From positions 14,384,001-14,448,000 of the forward strand of contig JBHGNT010000002.1 of assembly GCA_043228905.1 (NCBI GenBank): DNA of 64,000 nucleotides, read 5' to 3'. This document shows, piece by piece, positions 59,349 through 64,000 of the stretch; positions within the stretch are counted from its first letter, which is position 1, and each line of letters starts with the position of its first letter. A program made the position numbers and the translations under genes. The notes under the pieces are model-generated. The model did not search any database. It was given only the letters and a program-made list of their open reading frames with translations, and had not been told where the DNA came from. Source of the DNA: Azolla caroliniana (lineage: Eukaryota > Plantae > Polypodiophyta).

Positions 59349-62185
59349 AGGGGGAGTTTGTTGGGATTTCGGTCCCTCCGGATGGGATGTCCGGAGATGA
59401 ATGACGGCAAGCCCGGTTGCGGTTACGGAACCGGAGGATGAAGAGTACCCGGCATGAAGCCGGATGAAGAGACCGCGGCTACGGAGCCGGATGACGAAGA
59501 CCCCGGCTACGGAGCCGGATGATGAAGACCCCGGCTACGGAGCCGGATGACGAATGTACCCGGAGAGAGATCCGGATGCGGGGACATATTTGTGAATATG
59601 TTTGCCAAGGGCCCATTAAGGCTATATTTGCAAATAGCCCGAAAGTCATATGTGTATAAATATGACTTAGGGCAAACAGTTTGTCACTGTTGCTGTTGCT
59701 ACTCATTTTTCTGTTTTTCCACTCAAGAGGAGTGAAGAGAGAGCAGCCGTGAGAGAGATAGAGCGTGAGAGAGGGAGAGGTCGGCGCCTCTGTGTAATAC
59801 CGCCGCCTGTGGCGAGGATAGCGAGCTCAAGGTCGTCGCCTTGCAGCTCGCCATTGTATATTTCTCTGTGCATAGTTTTGGTTTGGAGTCTTGCACTCCC
59901 GTGGTTTTTCCCGTATAGGATTTTCCACGTTAATCCGTGTGTTATTGTGTCTTTCTCTGTGTTTCCTATTTTCTGCTGCATTGATTCGTGATTTCTCGGT
60001 TGTGGCCGAGTGGTGAAGGCGAATCGGAGCGTTGATTCTCAACAGTTCGGAAATGTTGTCGGCATTTCGATTATGCCGCCTGTTCTGCTCTAGTCGACCG
60101 CCTCCATTGCGCGCCAATCCGCCTCGTCCACCACAACCACGGAGCCTATCTTCCTCTATGTACAACATCTTGCCGTCGGCATGCGTACTCATCGACGCAC
60201 CCGAGTGATTTTCCTCCACGAGCAACATTGACTGAAGCTCAAAGAATGAAGGCGTATTCTCCCTCGTACCGACCACCGTTCGGAAAGCTCCGAATCTGGA
60301 TGTTAGCCCATCAAGGCACACTTGCACCATCTCATCCTCCTCGACGTTCATGTTGACGAAGGCGAGTGAGTCACAGATTTCCTTGATTTGGGCCATGTAA
60401 TCATCCACAGACAGATCTTTCTGCCGAACATTTTTGAGCTCCTACCTGAGCTGCAGCTTCCTGGCCATTGTGCTTGCGGTGAAAATCTTTTTTAGATTCG
60501 CCCACGCATCCTTCGGCATCTTTGCATCCCGAATATAGTTGAATAGTTGGTCGCTCACACAGGATGCAAAGCAGTAGAGAACTCTTGCTTGCCTCTTGTT
60601 CCCAAGCCGAAAAATCTTTGTGTGTTGAATCAGGTGCTACATCATTAGCTCCTTCGACATAGCTCCAGTAGTTGTGACCAGGCAGGTACTGGTGCATCTT
60701 GTATGACCAAGATGCGTAGTTGGTCCTATCGAGCTTTTCAGCCGGTAGCGAGCTTCTCATACCTCTGTCCATATTGTTGTCTTTTTCTTTTCTGAAAAAA
60801 AAAATGAAGAACAACTTCAACTCTGTTTTGTCGCAAGCTTTTCTTGTCGGTTGTAGAGGACTTCAACCCTCGCACTTTGATACCATGTAAAAGAATACGT
60901 GTGCGGAAGCATGTGCGTAAACACAGACTACACAGTTCAGAAATAAGACAATTCGGTAAACTCAGAAAACACAGAGATGGAGATGGAGATGGAGATACAG
61001 AGAGAGAGCAGACAACTCAGTTATATTTTAAAATATGACGCTTTGTACATAGGATGTGCTCAATGAGCACTTTTATACAAGTCCATATGGGGACTCACAG
61101 AAGTATTGACATGTACTTCAATGCTCATAAATGAGCTCTACACTAACTCCCAAAATATATTCCTACGCGGAATATCTTTCCAACGACCTCGCGGTTTACG
61201 CACCGCTATAGCCTATTGTGCGCATGGTTTTACGCACCCAATTTACACACTAGATTACGCACCCGATTACACACCGAATGTTGAGCTTGTCTCTCAACGA
61301 GTTCATGTTCGACTTCCGTCCAACTATGGAAGACACTCTCAAACACCTACGAAAAAAGGTAGCCGCTATGAAGATATATTTGATACGGCGCCTTTATAAC
61401 CTTCGGATGAAAGAATCTGATTCGGTCCAGGCACAGCTCAACGAGTACGAAAGTCTGAGCTCCCAAATTTTGGCTCAGGGGACGACTATCGAGGATGAAC
61501 AAAGAGCAATGTTGCTTATGAGTAGTCACCCCCCTTCGTGGGAAATTTTCGTCACAACCGTGTGCAACGCATCAACTACGGTCGTTAAATACTCCTCAGT
61601 CACGAGCGTAATTCTGATTGAAGCAGCTTGAAGGAAATTGTTTACAAATGATTCGGCCAATAATGTGTATGTATTACAAGGTTCGATTGACTGATCAAAC
61701 AACCGAGGAAGAGGTTCTTCATGGCAGCCAAATAACCAGCGAAGTCAGAGCAAGTCCAGTGATAATCGAGTATGCAATTATTGCAAGAAACCCTAACACA
61801 TAAAAGCTGATTGTCGTGCACTCAAGGCCAAAAACGATAAGGCTCAGCGAGCGGATCAGAAGAATGACCGACATGAGGAGGTAAACTACGTCATCTCTTC
61901 AGTCGAGGTTTTGTCAAATGACCCGACAATCCTATCCATTGAAAACCCAGTCGAATCAGAAGTTCTGCTTACGACTGCAGAGCCAAGCACTTGGCTCTTG
62001 GACTTGGGCGCTTCATATAACGTAACCCCTCATTGATCCTAATTTCGGCAATACTCAACCCAACATTCCGACTCAGTTTGAGTCGGAAATTTGCAGCACT
62101 ACGCGATTATCGGATCCGCGGCGTAGAGCTCAACCTTCCAGGTGGCTCCACATTGGTACTACACAATGTTTGACACATACCTGAG

Positions 62186-64000
62186 TGTTACCCGTAAGAA
62201 TATACGGGGAGGCATAAGGGTATGTGTAATGATGTGGTTGATGTGTATGTGTAAAGTAAATGAGTGTGTGAGGATGAGTATGTGTATGGACACATGCACA
62301 ATTATGTGCATGTGTACAAGAATGTGTAACGGTCTTATTTATAACGGTCAGTAACCGTTACATTGGATGTATTATATAAACCCCCTATGGGGTATGTAAT
62401 GAGATATACATTTTTCCCCTCTCATTTTGTGTCATTTTCAATTTATCTTTCTCTCTAACTCTCTCACTATCGTAACCCCCTTCGAAGGGGGGTGAAGCCA
62501 TTCTAAGCTTCACCCCCCACCCCAACAACACTTTTGGCACGCTTGAACGGACAACCCTCCCTTGAGAAGAAGTCACTCTCTCCCTCCCTCACTCTCGCTC
62601 TCCATCACTAATGTCTATCTCTCCCTCCCTATGTGTGCGTTAGTGTTTGTGTTAGAGAGTGTGGCTTTGGGCCTAAACTCTCTCAATGGTGATTTGTTGT
62701 TATGGAAGGTTCTTGGTATGGGATAGGATCTAGAGATTTAGTAGGATGAGTATCTTTTTGCTCTTCCCCCTATCTCTGTTTGTTGTGATCTGTCATTCTT
62801 CTTCGTTCCAAATCGAGCTTCTCATGTGATTTTGTCATGCCTCCTCACCATCTCTTCGACAGAAATGTACCCTTGTCTCTGGATATGGTGGCATCCATAG
62901 TTGCTTCTACATAGCCCCAGATCTATGGCTCTATTGTCAGCCAAGCCTATGAGGAAACTCAGATTACCACGCCCACAATGGACCCAAACATGGTTAGTAC
63001 TCTCAAATCCATCATCTGCCCATGGCCTTATTCACCACAAGATCATCTCGCTCATGATGAGGCTCCAAAGGCTTCCTTGGCTCCTCCTCTTCTTACACAT
63101 GAACTTTCGTCATCATCATCTTCTTCCCTGTAAAGAAATGCATCGTCGTTTCTCTCTTTGGAACTACTTTTTTGTAGGTTCAGTTCAGAACCACACAGTT
63201 TCTGTTGAGTAGAAGCGGAAGCATTATTTCACCCAAATTCCGTCCCCTATTTTCTTCATCTCCAAATCCCTGTTCAACAAAGGAAGGGGACAGACAAATA
63301 GGCCCAGGCCATGGTGAAGGAAGAGGCCCTGGTGGTAGCCACTGAGATCGTGCCCAACGACACCATAAGCTTCTCTGTTTATTCCCGAACTTCTTGCACT
63401 CCATCAATCTCAAGTATGTGAGGCTAGGTACCACTACTTGATCAGCCCTGCGCGCGTTTACCTCTTCACCATCCCTGTGTTGCTAGTCACTCTTAGCGCG
63501 TAGATCGGGCTTGTCCAACCAAGAGCTCTAGATCTAGCTATGGAACAACCTGGAGGTGAGCCTATTCGGGATCGAGGCCTTCCCGGGCGGAACGAAAAAA
63601 CGAAGGATGTTTGATTTGAACGAAGCTAAAGCCGTGGATGATTGGGGATTCTTCTGAATCTGAGTCTGTTGTTCTCTGCTCTGCTTCTTGTTTCCCTTCT
63701 GTCATTCATCGCTTCCTCTTCTTCCTGATTTTAGACCCTGTGGGCTCCCGAGAGAGAAAGAGACAAAGACCGAGGGCAACGGCCTATCCACGTCCCTTGC
63801 CTTCCGTGGCAGGAGAGAAGCTCTAGAGATGATGGCGACAATCTTCAGAGCAGAATCTGAGGACTCTGAAAACGACGTAGGCATGGAATACGATTCGACA
63901 ATGGAGGCTGTAGCAACATTGAAGGGGATGGAGAAATTGATGTGGAAAAGGTTTAAGGTGAAAGAGCTGGAAGTGAACTTGAGCGAAAGGAAAGTGAAGC
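62186..64000 (+). other. Unassigned insertion, possibly the LTR and leader of a further element
   Basis: Copia A protease sequence stops abruptly at TGTTACCC. A TATATAAA box (~62374) and a CT-rich tract follow. No second LTR is in the window. Confidence 0.35.

Larger units (their letters stand above)
54561..60044 (+). mobile_element. Young full-length Copia G (Tnt1/Tork-like)
   Basis: LTRs 54561-55243 and 59359-60044 are nearly identical. TSD GTTCG, PBS TGGTATCAGAGC 55247-55258, PPT 59347-59356. Confidence 0.98.
35168..61298 (-). mobile_element. Copia B, interrupted by Gypsy C and Copia G
   Basis: LTRs 35168-35554 and 60886-61298, PBS 60874-60885, PPT at 35555. gag 60045-60770, knuckle/PR 54140-54560, IN 37897-38941, RT/RH 36089-37390. 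Flanks GGAGT / GAGT form an imperfect TSD. Confidence 0.92.
34020..62185 (+). mobile_element. Copia A (oldest host): LTR end 34324, PBS 34327-34338, gag split into 35026-35167 and 61299-62185
   Basis: PBS TGGTATTAGAGC. KFDGLNFNFWKEHMQDY lies left of the nest; YLIRRLYNLRMKESDSV, CNYCKKP.HIKADC and WLLDLGAS lie to the right. Confidence 0.8.

Noticed and set aside
63540-63565. Possible LTR end (GGAACA) and tRNA-Gln-like PBS TGGAGGT
   Set aside because: The match is only 7 nt, and there is no second LTR in the window to confirm the boundary.

Overview
This is eukaryotic, gene-free DNA made almost entirely of nested retrotransposons. A land plant, probably a bryophyte, is inferred from the element lineages, tRNA primer sites and telo-boxes; it is not shown directly. 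I could delimit five full-length LTR elements by paired LTRs and target-site duplications (TSDs): Gypsy 7350-14307, Copia 22695-28257, Gypsy 38942-54139, Copia 41659-46975 and Copia 54561-60044. A sixth, Copia 35168-61298, hosts three of them. Also present are solo LTRs, many decayed Copia/Gypsy fragments, a MULE transposase fragment, and a 5'-truncated Penelope-like element (PLE) with an open RT frame and a minimal hammerhead ribozyme. No host gene was recognised. The most unusual signals are: (1) an Athila/Tat-related Gypsy family with no polypurine tract, which in three diverged copies carries a tRNA-3'-end-like motif (..CCCACGGGCGTGCCA) 2 nt before the 3' LTR, suggesting tRNA or tRNA-mimic priming of the plus strand; (2) the PLE with its hammerhead; (3) repeated insertion of one LTR group at ACGT with a 4-bp TSD; (4) a -1 frameshift pseudoknot and a tRNA-Trp PBS in one element of that group; (5) a conserved hairpin enclosing the Copia PPT/U3 junction. 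All alignments were done by eye. tRNA and lineage assignments are from memory and need database confirmation.
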